IMG/VR virus record: IMGVR_UViG_3300000239_000002
Location: 2,761 to 66,760 of that record
DNA: 64,000 nt
DNA from: a virus
Reading direction: 5' to 3' (one strand)
Numbering within the stretch: position 1 is the first letter of the stretch; every line of letters begins with the position of its first letter. The notes beneath the pieces were generated by a model. That model did no database searches, was not told the origin of the DNA, and worked only from the letters and a program-made list of their open reading frames with translations. A program made the position numbers and the translations under genes. This document shows positions 28,453-38,502 of the stretch, in pieces.

Positions 28453-28977
28453 ATGAACGTCAAAATTAGCTTATCTGGCTTCTTTTGTAATACATGGCCA
28501 GATTGTGTTGTAGTTTGTAATGGTCATACAATATTCCAGGATAAAATTATCAATGATAATATAATAGATTTTACTATTGATTTTTCTGCTGACAATTTAT
28601 TAACAATAGGTATGACTAATAAGTTAATGGGTGAAAATAGTGTATATGATATTTTGTTAGATGCACATAATAATATTATCGAGGACAAGTATATTAAAGT
28701 AAATGATATACTTTTTGATGATGTTAGCGTGGATAACTTAATACATGAATTTGTTTTTATTAAAGATTCTAATGAAAAAATATCAACATCTGGTAATATT
28801 AATTATAATGGTAGTATACATATCCCATTTCAACAACCAATTTATGATTGGTTAATACAAGAAAAATATATTAAAAAAGAAATACAAGAAACTAATTATC
28901 AAGGTTTTGGTAGTTGGAATAATAAATTTAATTATGATGTACAGGATTTAATTAAAAAGTTAGAAACAATTGTATGA
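28453..28977 (+). CDS. hypothetical protein coupled to B12 radical SAM
   Basis: ORF overlapping next start (ATGA). Confidence 0.65.
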   Translation: MNVKISLSGFFCNTWPDCVVVCNGHTIFQDKIINDNIIDFTIDFSADNLLTIGMTNKLMGENSVYDILLDAHNNIIEDKYIKVNDILFDDVSVDNLIHEFVFIKDSNEKISTSGNINYNGSIHIPFQQPIYDWLIQEKYIKKEIQETNYQGFGSWNNKFNYDVQDLIKKLETIV

Positions 28978-30347
28978 AGATTGCACTTGTACAACTCCCC
29001 AAATATTCTATAGATAGACCCCCTATGACACTTGCTGTTTTAACCAGTGTTATTAAAAATAATTTTGATTATGATATTGAGTGCTATGATTTATCATTAA
29101 AACTTTATCAAGATATTGAAAGAGAAGATTTCTATGAGATTGAAGACTATTTAGAACATAATATATATAAATCTTCTGTAGATATATTGACAGATAACTT
29201 TTCTATATATGCTATAGAGATAAAAAATTGTGATTTAATAGCAATAAGTGTTTTTAGTGATGCATCATGTCGAGCATGTGAAGTGCTGTGTAAGGAATTA
29301 AAAAAGTATAATTGCAAAATTGTTATTGGTGGACAAGGTTTGGCTAACGAAAACTGGTGTAAAAATATGTCTGATGCCAAGTTAATAGATGATTATATAG
29401 TAGGGGAAGGAGAATATACATTTGTAAATTATTTAAATGGTTTACAAGGACCTGGTATAAACAATCATAATAATGAACAAATAGATGATTTAGATTTATT
29501 GCCTATTCCTGATTATAGTTTATTAAATTTGAATGATTATAATCTTAAGGAATTATATGTTACTGGTTCTCGTGGATGTGTACGCAAATGTACTTACTGT
29601 GATGTTCCTTTTTTATGGAAAAAATATAGATATCGCTCTGGCCAACATATTGCTAATGAGTTAATACGACATTATGAGAAAAGTGGTATTACTGGCTTCT
29701 GGTTTACTGATAGTTTGGTCAATGGCAGTCTTAAACATTTTAGAGAATTTTGCTATGCTTTAGAGAAATACTATGAAAATAATAACGTAAGATTTACTTG
29801 GAAGGGACAGTATATTTTTAGACGTATGAATCAGTTAAATGAAGAATATTTTAGAATGATATCAGCAGCTGGTGGTAGTGAATTTTATGTAGGATTAGAA
29901 ACTGGTAGTGACAAAATACGTTGGGAAATGGATAAAAAATTTACTAATGAAGATGCAACCTATCATTTAGAGATGTTTAAAAAATATAAAATAACTTGTT
30001 TATTGCTTATGATTAGTGGTTATATAACAGAAACAAATCAAGATCATTTAGATACAATGGCTATGTTTAAAAAATGGCAGAAATTTGTTGCATCAGGAAC
30101 AATTACTGGCATAGAGTTAGGCAATACGTTAAGTATACTAGAAAATACTCCTTTAGAAGAAGAAAATTTAGAGTTTGTTATACCAGGTGACAAGCATAGT
30201 TGGCACATTAAAGATAATACATATCAAGTACGTGTTAGAAATAGGTTAGAAATAACTAAAGAAGCGATGAAGTATCATTGGCCAATTACCAATAATCGTT
30301 TTAGATTAAAAACCTTTATTGCTAAATTAGAGCAATATTATATATAA
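28974..30347 (+). CDS. B12-binding (class B) radical SAM protein
   Basis: KIVIGG, GEGE, SRGCVRKCTYC, GLETGS. Confidence 0.9.
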   Translation: MKIALVQLPKYSIDRPPMTLAVLTSVIKNNFDYDIECYDLSLKLYQDIEREDFYEIEDYLEHNIYKSSVDILTDNFSIYAIEIKNCDLIAISVFSDASCRACEVLCKELKKYNCKIVIGGQGLANENWCKNMSDAKLIDDYIVGEGEYTFVNYLNGLQGPGINNHNNEQIDDLDLLPIPDYSLLNLNDYNLKELYVTGSRGCVRKCTYCDVPFLWKKYRYRSGQHIANELIRHYEKSGITGFWFTDSLVNGSLKHFREFCYALEKYYENNNVRFTWKGQYIFRRMNQLNEEYFRMISAAGGSEFYVGLETGSDKIRWEMDKKFTNEDATYHLEMFKKYKITCLLLMISGYITETNQDHLDTMAMFKKWQKFVASGTITGIELGNTLSILENTPLEEENLEFVIPGDKHSWHIKDNTYQVRVRNRLEITKEAMKYHWPITNNRFRLKTFIAKLEQYYI

Positions 30348-30353
30348 ATATCC

Positions 30354-30382
30354 TTGACTTTACCTTAAGGTTAGTCTATAAT
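30354..30382 (+). promoter_or_regulatory. sigma70 promoter
   Basis: TTGACT-17-TATAAT. Confidence 0.7.
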
Positions 30383-30411
30383 AGTAGTATATCAATCAAA
30401 GGAGATATAAA

Positions 30412-31014
30412 ATGAAGAAGTTATTAATTGCCTTGGCGTTCAGTGGACTCTTAATTGGGTGTGTTGATCAGGAGGCAGAAGCCATGGAATGGGAAAGTGG
30501 TGTTAGTGTTTCTGCAGGAGACTCTAATGTATCTTTTACCCAAGATGGTAATGAGTTTGCCGTAGGTTTTGGAGGCGCATCAGTTTATCATAGTGACTCA
30601 ACTGATTTCGGCGTATCATTTGGTATGAATATTTTAGGGCCACTTTCTGGTACATTTTCATACGATTATACTAGTGACGAAGATAGTGTTGTAGGTATTG
30701 AAACACCAATTACATTACTTGGTTTAACTACGACCCCTTCAGTAGACTGGAACATTAATGATTCAGATATTGATGGCGCATTAGAAAACACATTTAGTTT
30801 ACTAGGTGGTGGTGTTCGTTCAAAATTTATGTTTGATGTAGATGACACAGATTTTACTGGATCAGAGTTTGAAGTTAATTATACTTGGGACCTGTCAAGC
30901 AATTTCGCAGTACAACCATATGTCGAAGTACCTATGGATGATGACTGGGGTCGTGGCGACACAGTTGCAGGTTTAAGAATTACTATGAATTGGGCCGGTA
31001 ATAGTTCAGAGTAA
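30412..31014 (+). CDS. exported outer-membrane beta-barrel-like protein
   Basis: Signal peptide (LIGC lipobox-like); alternating amphipathic strands; SD AAGGAG. Confidence 0.55.
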   Translation: MKKLLIALAFSGLLIGCVDQEAEAMEWESGVSVSAGDSNVSFTQDGNEFAVGFGGASVYHSDSTDFGVSFGMNILGPLSGTFSYDYTSDEDSVVGIETPITLLGLTTTPSVDWNINDSDIDGALENTFSLLGGGVRSKFMFDVDDTDFTGSEFEVNYTWDLSSNFAVQPYVEVPMDDDWGRGDTVAGLRITMNWAGNSSE

Positions 31015-31026
31015 ATAAATACCTAT

Positions 31027-31329
31027 GTGGCAGTCACTCGTAAAGTTAGAACTAAAGAAGAATATATTTACGAATCTCGGGATAACGGGGTTACCGTGTC
31101 TCGACGACTGCCTTTAGGTGAACAAAAAGAATATCTTATCACAGAAGAAACTGTAGATAAAGTAAATGCGTTTAAGAAGAAGAAATTTGGTTGGCTATCC
31201 CATGATGAATTAATGGATTTGGGCCGAGAGAAATATCAACAACAAGAATTGCGTGAAAAATATCCTGCGTTGAAAGAGGCATGGGAAAAATATCTTGTAT
31301 TGTTAAACCTAGTTAAATCGGGTAAATAG
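31027..31329 (+). CDS. hypothetical protein
   Basis: GTG start 5 nt after TAAATA; YIYES.D.G.TV and YPALKEAWEKY motifs. Confidence 0.65.
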   Translation: MAVTRKVRTKEEYIYESRDNGVTVSRRLPLGEQKEYLITEETVDKVNAFKKKKFGWLSHDELMDLGREKYQQQELREKYPALKEAWEKYLVLLNLVKSGK

Positions 31330-31333
31330 TATT

Positions 31334-31678
31334 ATGCGTTACACTGAACTAAATGAAAGCGGCTCCATACACTGGGAAGATGAGAAATTTGATGCAGATA
31401 ATCCAACTGTATTAATACGCGGGTATGGTACACTAACCTATAAAACTCTCCAACAAGCGATCGCTAGAGATTTAGCAGAGATGTCCCAGCGGGTGGCAGA
31501 TGGTAGTTTAGAAGTTGTAGCAAATCACCAATTATTTGATAGTAAAAGCGCATTCAATGGCAAAGTTCAAGCATATTTAGATGTTACTAAAGAACTAGCA
31601 AAGCCAACAATCAAGCGAAAACTCACACTTCACAAGAAAAATAGTCTATTTAATACCATAAAAAATAGTGATCAATAA
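31334..31678 (+). CDS. late protein with capsid-targeting-like N-terminus
   Basis: MRYTELNES; TAAATA-N5-ATG. Confidence 0.55.
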   Translation: MRYTELNESGSIHWEDEKFDADNPTVLIRGYGTLTYKTLQQAIARDLAEMSQRVADGSLEVVANHQLFDSKSAFNGKVQAYLDVTKELAKPTIKRKLTLHKKNSLFNTIKNSDQ

Positions 31679-31681
31679 TTC

Positions 31682-31710
31682 TTGACAATTTCTTAATATC
31701 TTAGTATAAT
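31682..31710 (+). promoter_or_regulatory. sigma70 promoter
   Basis: TTGACA-17-TATAAT consensus. Confidence 0.8.
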
Positions 31711-31717
31711 TAAGAAT

Positions 31718-32677
31718 ATGTCATATTTAATATTTCATAATGATAATATTAATTTTTTTACAATACAATTGCGGGAAGATCCATTTGTTGAAAAATGGGC
31801 AAATCATCTTCAATATATTTTAGATAATTATAATTGTCGCTTATACAAATCAAAATATCCAAGATATGAAAAATTAGAAGAAAATGAAATTAAACAACAT
31901 GTAGATAATCTACACACCGCTATTAGAAATCTAAATAATTTAGGCACTTGTTTTCCATTATTAAGAATAGATATTCCTTATATACGATTTTTAACTTTAG
32001 ACTTAGATACACAGAAAATTTTAAATAAGTTACATAGATATTTTACTACTGCTAATTGTTCTCTTAATGACATTGGTGATCAAGTAACTTATTCATATAA
32101 AGATAATAATTATTTTACAATTGATTATACCAAAAAAGAAGAATTTCGTAAACTCATACAAGACATAAATCAAATAGTACACAATTTAGATAATTCTATA
32201 TTGTTGCCTAGAGTACGTGATGCAATAGACAATGATGAATTAATAGAACAAGTAACAATAATGTTTGATCTATATGGAACAAGAGAACATAGTTTATTAC
32301 CTAATACATTTAAGTTTATGGATAAAGAGGATGAATCAAGTATAATAGATAATGATGAATATGATGTGTGGATGGGAGTAGATTTGTTAGGTAAAGATTA
32401 TATTACAGGATATTATAATCATGATGATCCGACAGAATGGGATATTAAAACATTAAATTGCTATACAGGTAAGATGGAAATAATATTGGGGTCAAATACT
32501 ATTCCTAAAATAATTAAAGGAGATAAGTTTCAAAATTGGTTGAAAGAATATGGTATGACATATATTCCAGCAATGTGTGGCATACCATTAGGTAAGGTAA
32601 TATCTGGTAAAGATCTTCTAAACGATAAAACTTTACAACAACAGATGTCAGTGTTTAATATTAAAATAGAGGAATAA
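31718..32677 (+). CDS. hypothetical protein (paralog of 13866-14921)
   Basis: Shared motifs listed for the paralog. Confidence 0.75.
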   Translation: MSYLIFHNDNINFFTIQLREDPFVEKWANHLQYILDNYNCRLYKSKYPRYEKLEENEIKQHVDNLHTAIRNLNNLGTCFPLLRIDIPYIRFLTLDLDTQKILNKLHRYFTTANCSLNDIGDQVTYSYKDNNYFTIDYTKKEEFRKLIQDINQIVHNLDNSILLPRVRDAIDNDELIEQVTIMFDLYGTREHSLLPNTFKFMDKEDESSIIDNDEYDVWMGVDLLGKDYITGYYNHDDPTEWDIKTLNCYTGKMEIILGSNTIPKIIKGDKFQNWLKEYGMTYIPAMCGIPLGKVISGKDLLNDKTLQQQMSVFNIKIEE

Positions 32678-33288
32678 TGCAAATGTTTATCAGTTTCACA
32701 ATTCATGGTTACGGTGGAGAAGTTGTTCTCGGTAAAATATCTAAAAAGGCGGCTGAATTTTGGCAATCTGAAGAAATGCAAGAATACTTGCATGGTTATG
32801 TTTTTAGTCCAGAATGGTTTGAAGAAGAAAACCCAAACATCAAAATACCCAAGTATGCCCAAATAGGTGTGTGGCATGATATGGAAGATCGCGGGCACGA
32901 GTGGGGAGCGGCACAAGGCGGTGCGTATCTTACTATAAATGAAGTGAGCGATGATGCATGGGATGCTAATCATGTACGCGACATTTTTTATGGTGAATTA
33001 ATGGATTATGTGAATGAACACGAAGTAGAAATTCATTCTGATGAACAACATCCTAAACCAAAAGAATATACATTCTGTGGTGTTAACTCTGAGAAAGGTA
33101 CATTTTACGACGGCACTATAGAAATTGAAGGAGACTTTGATCCTAAAAAAGTCTCTTTTGGTAGCACAGAAATCCATCAAGATACTCTTATTACACAAAT
33201 TTTTTATGGTGATGAAACCATAGATAATTCTGGTGGAGGTACTGATGGCAAAGCCATGGATTTTGAAATTATAGAGCCGTGGGAGTAA
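32677..33288 (+). CDS. acidic hypothetical protein
   Basis: GYGGEVV, SEKGTF, GTDGK; coupled ORF. Confidence 0.7.
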   Translation: MQMFISFTIHGYGGEVVLGKISKKAAEFWQSEEMQEYLHGYVFSPEWFEEENPNIKIPKYAQIGVWHDMEDRGHEWGAAQGGAYLTINEVSDDAWDANHVRDIFYGELMDYVNEHEVEIHSDEQHPKPKEYTFCGVNSEKGTFYDGTIEIEGDFDPKKVSFGSTEIHQDTLITQIFYGDETIDNSGGGTDGKAMDFEIIEPWE

Positions 33289-33296
33289 ATACATAT

Positions 33297-33647
33297 ATGA
33301 GCCTTAAACTTGATCCAGTTGATTTGATGGTATACGCTGACGTTGCCGAAGCTTTTGAAGGATGGATTATTAATAATCCTGAAATAAAAGATGAGTCTAC
33401 TGGTATTCGGCAGTCAAGAGTATTTGCTAAAACATATTTAAATCTTTATATTACATTTTTACAAATGCTTAGGTATGTTCCTAAAGAAGAGATGGAATAT
33501 GAATCAACTACCGAGGAGGGAGTTAAACGTAAATTTGCCGCTATAGATGATATATATGTTAATTTAAAAGCATCTACAGAATTATCAGATGAAGATAAAG
33601 CACATATGGATTTAATTAAATCTAAAATAAAACCAACATTACACTAA
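33297..33647 (+). CDS. hypothetical protein
   Basis: Start placed at ATG 5 nt after TAAATA. Confidence 0.6.
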   Translation: MSLKLDPVDLMVYADVAEAFEGWIINNPEIKDESTGIRQSRVFAKTYLNLYITFLQMLRYVPKEEMEYESTTEEGVKRKFAAIDDIYVNLKASTELSDEDKAHMDLIKSKIKPTLH

Positions 33648-33651
33648 TATT

Positions 33652-34065
33652 ATGAATACAGAAATGAAAAAAGCGTTAGGAACATTAACAGATTGTCAAT
33701 TAATTCATGTTGTAAGTGAAATAATGAGTTATGGTTATCCCGAAACATATAAACTTGCCCATGAGCAAGCTCATGTTGAAGGTGATCCATGGGAAAGATG
33801 GTCACATAATTTTAGTTTAGTTGTTGATGGCGGCAATAAATTGCCAATACCTGTACGCAATGAATTAGAAGAAGCAATGGAGAAATTCCATACTGAGGAC
33901 AGAATTAAACCAGGATATTTTAAAAGTATACATCGTGCTAACCGTAAGATTAGTACATCTGATACAATGTTTGGTTCCAGTGCTGGTACTATTTTAAAAT
34001 GGATGGCTTGGCTATGGTTTGGTTATTTTATATTAGGGTTTATTTCTAGTTGTGGTGGTCCATAA
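33652..34065 (+). CDS. hypothetical protein with C-terminal TM helix
   Basis: ORF track; hydrophobic C-terminus. Confidence 0.6.
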   Translation: MNTEMKKALGTLTDCQLIHVVSEIMSYGYPETYKLAHEQAHVEGDPWERWSHNFSLVVDGGNKLPIPVRNELEEAMEKFHTEDRIKPGYFKSIHRANRKISTSDTMFGSSAGTILKWMAWLWFGYFILGFISSCGGP

Positions 34066-34090
34066 ACCTCCAAAAAGGAGGTTTATTTTT
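34064..34090 (+). terminator. intrinsic terminator
   Basis: AAACCTCC-AAAAA-GGAGGTTT followed by ATTTTT. Confidence 0.7.
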
Positions 34091-34110
34091 GAGTCTTAAT
34101 AAATAATGAC

Positions 34111-34302
34111 ATGAAGAGATTGTTCGATAAGTTTAAGAAAAATGAACCGCCTCCTCAGAAAAGAAAGTTTGTAGCAGAAATTAGAGACACGTTTAATGAA
34201 AAGAAAATCTACAGAGCAAGGTGGGTATGGTATCATACAATCCTTGCCGCGGAATTGTTTTTAATTATTATTTTGTTGATTGGGATATTGATAAAAATTT
34301 AG
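34111..34302 (+). CDS. small membrane protein
   Basis: RWVWYHTILAAEL plus TM helix; TAAATA-N5-ATG. Confidence 0.65.
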   Translation: MKRLFDKFKKNEPPPQKRKFVAEIRDTFNEKKIYRARWVWYHTILAAELFLIIILLIGILIKI

Positions 34303-34317
34303 GGAACATAGTTAGGC

Positions 34318-34770
34318 GTGGCCACAACACCTATACACAAGCACTTAATTATAAGAGCAGAAGTAGCAAATCCACCCGGAAAAGACGATATTCAACGAAT
34401 GATCGATTGGACTACAGAGTTAATCGATGATATAGATATGAAACTCCTCGATGGTCCTTTTTGTAAATATGTGGACATCGAAGGAAACTCCGGACTCACC
34501 GTTGTAGCAATTATAGAAACCAGTCATATTGCGATGCACGTATGGGATGAAATATCACCAGCGTTAATGCAATTGGATGTGTATACCTGTGGCCCATTTA
34601 AACCAATTTTAGTATTTGAGAAATTGCGAGATTTTGGATTAACTAAACTTGAATGGAAGTATTTGGACCGAGAAACAAAATTAAAATTAGAGCATATAGG
34701 ACAATGGAACAATCCTGAAAATGATCCTTTTGAGCAATTGCCTAATCATGCAACCCTTAACAACGGATAA
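34318..34770 (+). CDS. speD: S-adenosylmethionine decarboxylase proenzyme
   Basis: HKHLII, GLTVVAIIETSHIAMHVWDE, LDVYTC. Confidence 0.85.
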   Translation: MATTPIHKHLIIRAEVANPPGKDDIQRMIDWTTELIDDIDMKLLDGPFCKYVDIEGNSGLTVVAIIETSHIAMHVWDEISPALMQLDVYTCGPFKPILVFEKLRDFGLTKLEWKYLDRETKLKLEHIGQWNNPENDPFEQLPNHATLNNG

Positions 34771-35068
34771 AGAAAAAGAATATAAACCGACTCTAATACA
34801 ATGCCCAAGGTGTACTGCGTCTGGATTTGCTATACATGACGATGAAACACATTGGAAGTGTCTTGTCTGCGGACACATTATGCCACATAAAGGAGCAAAT
34901 GGAAATAATATGAGCCACTGGCCATACACTACGGAAGAATGGGATATGGTTTCACAAGCAAGTCATGTTCACATCAAGGATCCAGATATGGGTCCAACTC
35001 AATTAAAAGAATCAATAATTACAAATTTATACCAGCAGACTAAAGACTGGTTATACAAGAGGTGGTAA
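34748..35068 (+). CDS. zinc-ribbon protein
   Basis: CPRC...WKCLVCG. Confidence 0.55.
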   Translation: MQPLTTDKEKEYKPTLIQCPRCTASGFAIHDDETHWKCLVCGHIMPHKGANGNNMSHWPYTTEEWDMVSQASHVHIKDPDMGPTQLKESIITNLYQQTKDWLYKRW

Positions 35069-35069
35069 T

Positions 35070-35249
35070 ATGTCAGATACCGCCGACTGGGAGGCCCTAA
35101 AGAAGAAAGCATTCGATAGGGAGTTAGCAAACGATATATGGGTAAAACTAAAAGGACACGAATTACTTGACACTTGGGATGAAGGACAAGTGCAATCAAT
35201 TATAGAAAGATATTGGCACAGAGCAATAGCATATAGTGAAGGATATTAA
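35070..35249 (+). CDS. 59-aa hypothetical protein (not in ORF track)
   Basis: MSDTADWEALKKKAFDRELANDIW...; SD GAGG; fills the gap exactly. Confidence 0.65.
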   Translation: MSDTADWEALKKKAFDRELANDIWVKLKGHELLDTWDEGQVQSIIERYWHRAIAYSEGY

Positions 35250-35257
35250 ATGAGTTT

Positions 35258-35647
35258 TTGGAAAAAGTAGGATTGAAAAAGAAAAAAGTAATTCAATATA
35301 ATCCAACAGGAGTTACAGTAACACCTTCAGCATTAGAAAAGATTAAAGAAATGTGTGAAGAGGCCGCAATGCCTGCCGTACGTCCATTTGTAGTAGGAGG
35401 TAGTTGTGCAGGCATGGCTCATTCAATGACATTTGCAGATACAAAAGAAAGATTAGATGTTGAAATTGCCTCACATGTTTATATAGACCCAGTGGCATAT
35501 TCATTTATGAATGGTGCTACTATAGATTATGAAGATGATGGGATACACGCAAGTTTTGTATTTCGTGATGTATTCAAAGCACAAGGTGGTAGTGGTGTTT
35601 GTGGAGGATGTGGCGCGGCCACAGGGCCAGGCTATTCACCCCATTAA
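35258..35647 (+). CDS. IscA/HesB Fe-S cluster carrier (second copy)
   Basis: VTVTPSA, GGSCAGM, GATIDY, CGGCG. Confidence 0.8.
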   Translation: MEKVGLKKKKVIQYNPTGVTVTPSALEKIKEMCEEAAMPAVRPFVVGGSCAGMAHSMTFADTKERLDVEIASHVYIDPVAYSFMNGATIDYEDDGIHASFVFRDVFKAQGGSGVCGGCGAATGPGYSPH

Positions 35648-35674
35648 ATAAATACATTAACTGGGAGAGTAGTT

Positions 35675-36457
35675 ATGATTAGTGATGCAGAAGCATTCGA
35701 GTATCTTAAATTAGAACTAAAAGAAACAGTTCTATCTCATCCAATCATTAAGAGAAACAGATATCTTTGGTGGTTTTCTCAAACCCTAGATTTAACCAAA
35801 GAAGATCTTATTATCTTAACAAAAGAGTTTTCAGTATTTTCAAATCAATTTATAGTTGCTCAACTACACAAAACACTTAATGCTAATAGTTTGGAACAGA
35901 TGCATGACGCCAAAGAAATATTAGTAAATGAATTGGGTGTACTTTTTACAAACGAAACAGTAAACGATAGCACATTTAGATTTAAGGCCGCTCATTTTGA
36001 GTGGCTCGTTCATTTTGCAAGCAAGTTAGGTTTGGAATTTAATGATATTGGCAAACGCAAACATGGCAGTCCATCTACATTATTTTATTGTGATGAACTA
36101 ATACGTTTATATGGTAATGAAGATTTTAATGTGGGTGCAGGTGCTAGTTTTGCTGTAGAGAATTGGGCCAATGCAGGATTTTGGAAACAGTTAATGGAAG
36201 GCATAGAAAATTTTAATGCGTATAATGAAGAAGATATTACATTGCCATTACAATTTTTCTCATTTCACGATAAATTAGAAGCACAACATGCACAACATAC
36301 GTGGGATGAATTACGTGAATTACATGACAATGTTAAAGAATTTGATAAAGATAAGTTTATTGCCGCTGGTATGGAAATGCTAAATGGTGTTAATGCTTTT
36401 TGGAATGGATTAGACCAAGATCGCATAGCACGTTATTGGCATTCTACTAGAGGTTAA
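35675..36457 (+). CDS. heme-oxygenase-like diiron protein (CADD/PqqC-like)
   Basis: ILVNELG...AHFEW, FAVENW, FFSFHDKLEAQHA metal ligands. Confidence 0.65.
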   Translation: MISDAEAFEYLKLELKETVLSHPIIKRNRYLWWFSQTLDLTKEDLIILTKEFSVFSNQFIVAQLHKTLNANSLEQMHDAKEILVNELGVLFTNETVNDSTFRFKAAHFEWLVHFASKLGLEFNDIGKRKHGSPSTLFYCDELIRLYGNEDFNVGAGASFAVENWANAGFWKQLMEGIENFNAYNEEDITLPLQFFSFHDKLEAQHAQHTWDELRELHDNVKEFDKDKFIAAGMEMLNGVNAFWNGLDQDRIARYWHSTRG

Positions 36458-36473
36458 AGATAAATAATATATT

Positions 36474-37307
36474 ATGAGACTTAAAGAACTTCAAATTAAA
36501 GAAGCCGCAACTGCTGGTGCAACAGCCAGTGGTAATATTGCCGCTGTTGTAAACCCACATGTTGCTAATCCTTCACGTAATTCAGTAGCATATACTGGCA
36601 CACCTGGCGTATCAGGCAAAGGCCCTGTTAAACAAGTAAAGGGTGGCACATACAATACTGGTAAAAACGCTTTAGATGGTGATAAAATGTTAATGTCTAG
36701 CAAAGAACCACAAATGATTAGACGTCATATTAAAGAAGGCTCATTATATGAAGAACAACTCAATGAATGGTTACCAGCACTTGCTATAGGTGCAGGCGTT
36801 GTAGCCGCAGGTGGTTGGGTTTTAAACAAATTCGGTAAGTGGATTAAAAAAGAACGAGGTAAAACTCAAGCTGCACTTGATGACAGTATAGCAAAAGCCA
36901 CTGATGGATATTACGCAAAGCCAAAAGTAAAAGCTGATGAAGGACATATTACATTACCATCAATAGACACAGAACGTTATGCTGAACGTCCTGGACTAGA
37001 AGGTCCAATACGAGCACGTAATGGTAGGGTAGTTTACTATGATCCTAAGGAAGGCCAGTATTACGATCCAGATACAGACATATATATTTCTAATGATGAC
37101 TGGAAAGCAATGAACGAAGGTCTAAAAATTGAACCGCGTGGCGAAGCAGGGAAAGCAAATGCGTTTAAAGGAATGATGGCGAATGCATCTAAAAATAAAG
37201 AAACGCGAGCAATTAATACAGAAAAATCCAAGAGACAAACTGCTCAAGCCGCTGGATATAGAGCAATTGTAGGCGGAAAAGACGTATCTCAAATAGCCAA
37301 AGGCTAA
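36474..37307 (+). CDS. late protein, candidate processed head-internal polyprotein
   Basis: MRLKELQIKEA; internal IKE, LYE, LNE sites; YYDPKEGQYYDP motif. Confidence 0.55.
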   Translation: MRLKELQIKEAATAGATASGNIAAVVNPHVANPSRNSVAYTGTPGVSGKGPVKQVKGGTYNTGKNALDGDKMLMSSKEPQMIRRHIKEGSLYEEQLNEWLPALAIGAGVVAAGGWVLNKFGKWIKKERGKTQAALDDSIAKATDGYYAKPKVKADEGHITLPSIDTERYAERPGLEGPIRARNGRVVYYDPKEGQYYDPDTDIYISNDDWKAMNEGLKIEPRGEAGKANAFKGMMANASKNKETRAINTEKSKRQTAQAAGYRAIVGGKDVSQIAKG

Positions 37308-37432
37308 CTCACTGATTTCATTGACTTTTTAACCCATTGATTTCATTGACCTTTAAACTTTTTCACTAATCCTTTAAAATCAAGCATTTAGAGCACAAAA
37401 ATGAGTGACAATTCTGCTTGATATGCTATAAT
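37305..37432 (+). promoter_or_regulatory. early sigma70 promoter with upstream IHF-consensus sites
   Basis: AATCAAGCATTTA (37378-37390) and two minus-strand WATCAR-N4-TTA sites; GTGACA-16-TATAAT with extended TG. Confidence 0.65.
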
Positions 37433-37467
37433 GTATGTATAGTTAAGTAAACCCAAGTACAGAAATT

Positions 37468-37818
37468 ATGTCAAAAACTCTTACATTCGCACCCGGTTGG
37501 ACCCAAACCATCAATACTTCAAATGAAGTTGATGAGCGGAATGACCTCCTCTCATACATCTCGGACACGTACAAGGGGTTGTACGGTTTCCGTCCCCGAG
37601 GTGATACTTCCAACATGACGATCGAGGACCTGCGCGAACAAGCCGCAGGCCTCGAACGTGATGTATTGCGCGAAATGGAATACATTAAGAAGGAGTACCT
37701 CCGCGAAAAGCGTGAGAAGGTTGCCCACAAGCGGGCAGTGAAGTATTATATGAATCTCAAACCGCGTAGCAATGTCATGGAAGTGGCAATGCTTGACGCA
37801 ATGGATAAGGTAGCTTAA
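37468..37818 (+). CDS. early hypothetical protein
   Basis: YISDTYKGLYGFRPR motif; higher GC. Confidence 0.7.
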   Translation: MSKTLTFAPGWTQTINTSNEVDERNDLLSYISDTYKGLYGFRPRGDTSNMTIEDLREQAAGLERDVLREMEYIKKEYLREKREKVAHKRAVKYYMNLKPRSNVMEVAMLDAMDKVA

Positions 37819-38046
37819 ATGGAAGATTACGCAATGTTTACCAGCAAAGGTAATAACGCAGTGGCTAAGGTAGTTGCAACTGCTATTGATAATAAACATA
37901 CATGGCCATGGGTACTAGCCAAACTGGATGCACTTGGCAACCGCAAGGGTACGGAAGAAGCATATGATACAGATGTCCGGGAACATGCGTTCGATGCTAT
38001 GGATCAAGCAGGTGCTCTACCTGCAGGACAATCATTCTGGGGATAA
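37819..38046 (+). CDS. early hypothetical protein
   Basis: YAMFTSKGNNAV...EAYDTDVRE motif. Confidence 0.7.
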   Translation: MEDYAMFTSKGNNAVAKVVATAIDNKHTWPWVLAKLDALGNRKGTEEAYDTDVREHAFDAMDQAGALPAGQSFWG

Positions 38047-38050
38047 CATT

Positions 38051-38173
38051 ATGAAGAACCTTGAAGCACTTCGACTTAAACGACATAACAATAGCCTTAA
38101 GGATCCTTGGATCTATGCTAGTGGTGTTGCTCTTGTAGTCTTTATTTACTTTCTACACTATGGAGCGTTATGA
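38051..38173 (+). CDS. small membrane peptide
   Basis: MKNLEALRLK... with C-terminal TM helix. Confidence 0.5.
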   Translation: MKNLEALRLKRHNNSLKDPWIYASGVALVVFIYFLHYGAL

Positions 38174-38502
38174 TGTCATACGCAGAACATTTGGAAAAAT
38201 ACGACGACTACTCACCTAAGTTACCGATTAGTAAAGATAATCGGTATAAGGGATACTATCTTGTACAACATAGTGAAGAAGAGCCGGATGGTGATTGCTC
38301 GAAAATTTACCATGTTGCTCGCGCATGGCCCTCTGGTGATGTTCATATTGATTGGACTCCATATGAGTTTATGACGGATGAAGAATTCAAATTGTGGATC
38401 GAACTTAAAATGCCGGGTCGCATATCCGCTGGCCCACTTCGTACAGAAGATCTTTGGTACCTCGCAAAAGAGTATATGAACAATGATGGTATACCAGCAT
38501 AA
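38170..38502 (+). CDS. hypothetical protein
   Basis: Coupled ORF; SD GGAG. Confidence 0.65.
   Translation: MMSYAEHLEKYDDYSPKLPISKDNRYKGYYLVQHSEEEPDGDCSKIYHVARAWPSGDVHIDWTPYEFMTDEEFKLWIELKMPGRISAGPLRTEDLWYLAKEYMNNDGIPA

Noticed and set aside
35250-35270. Frameshift in a T5 run that would give MSFLEKVG as the IscA start
   Set aside because: A TTG start at 35258 suffices; cannot be told from a sequencing error without reads.
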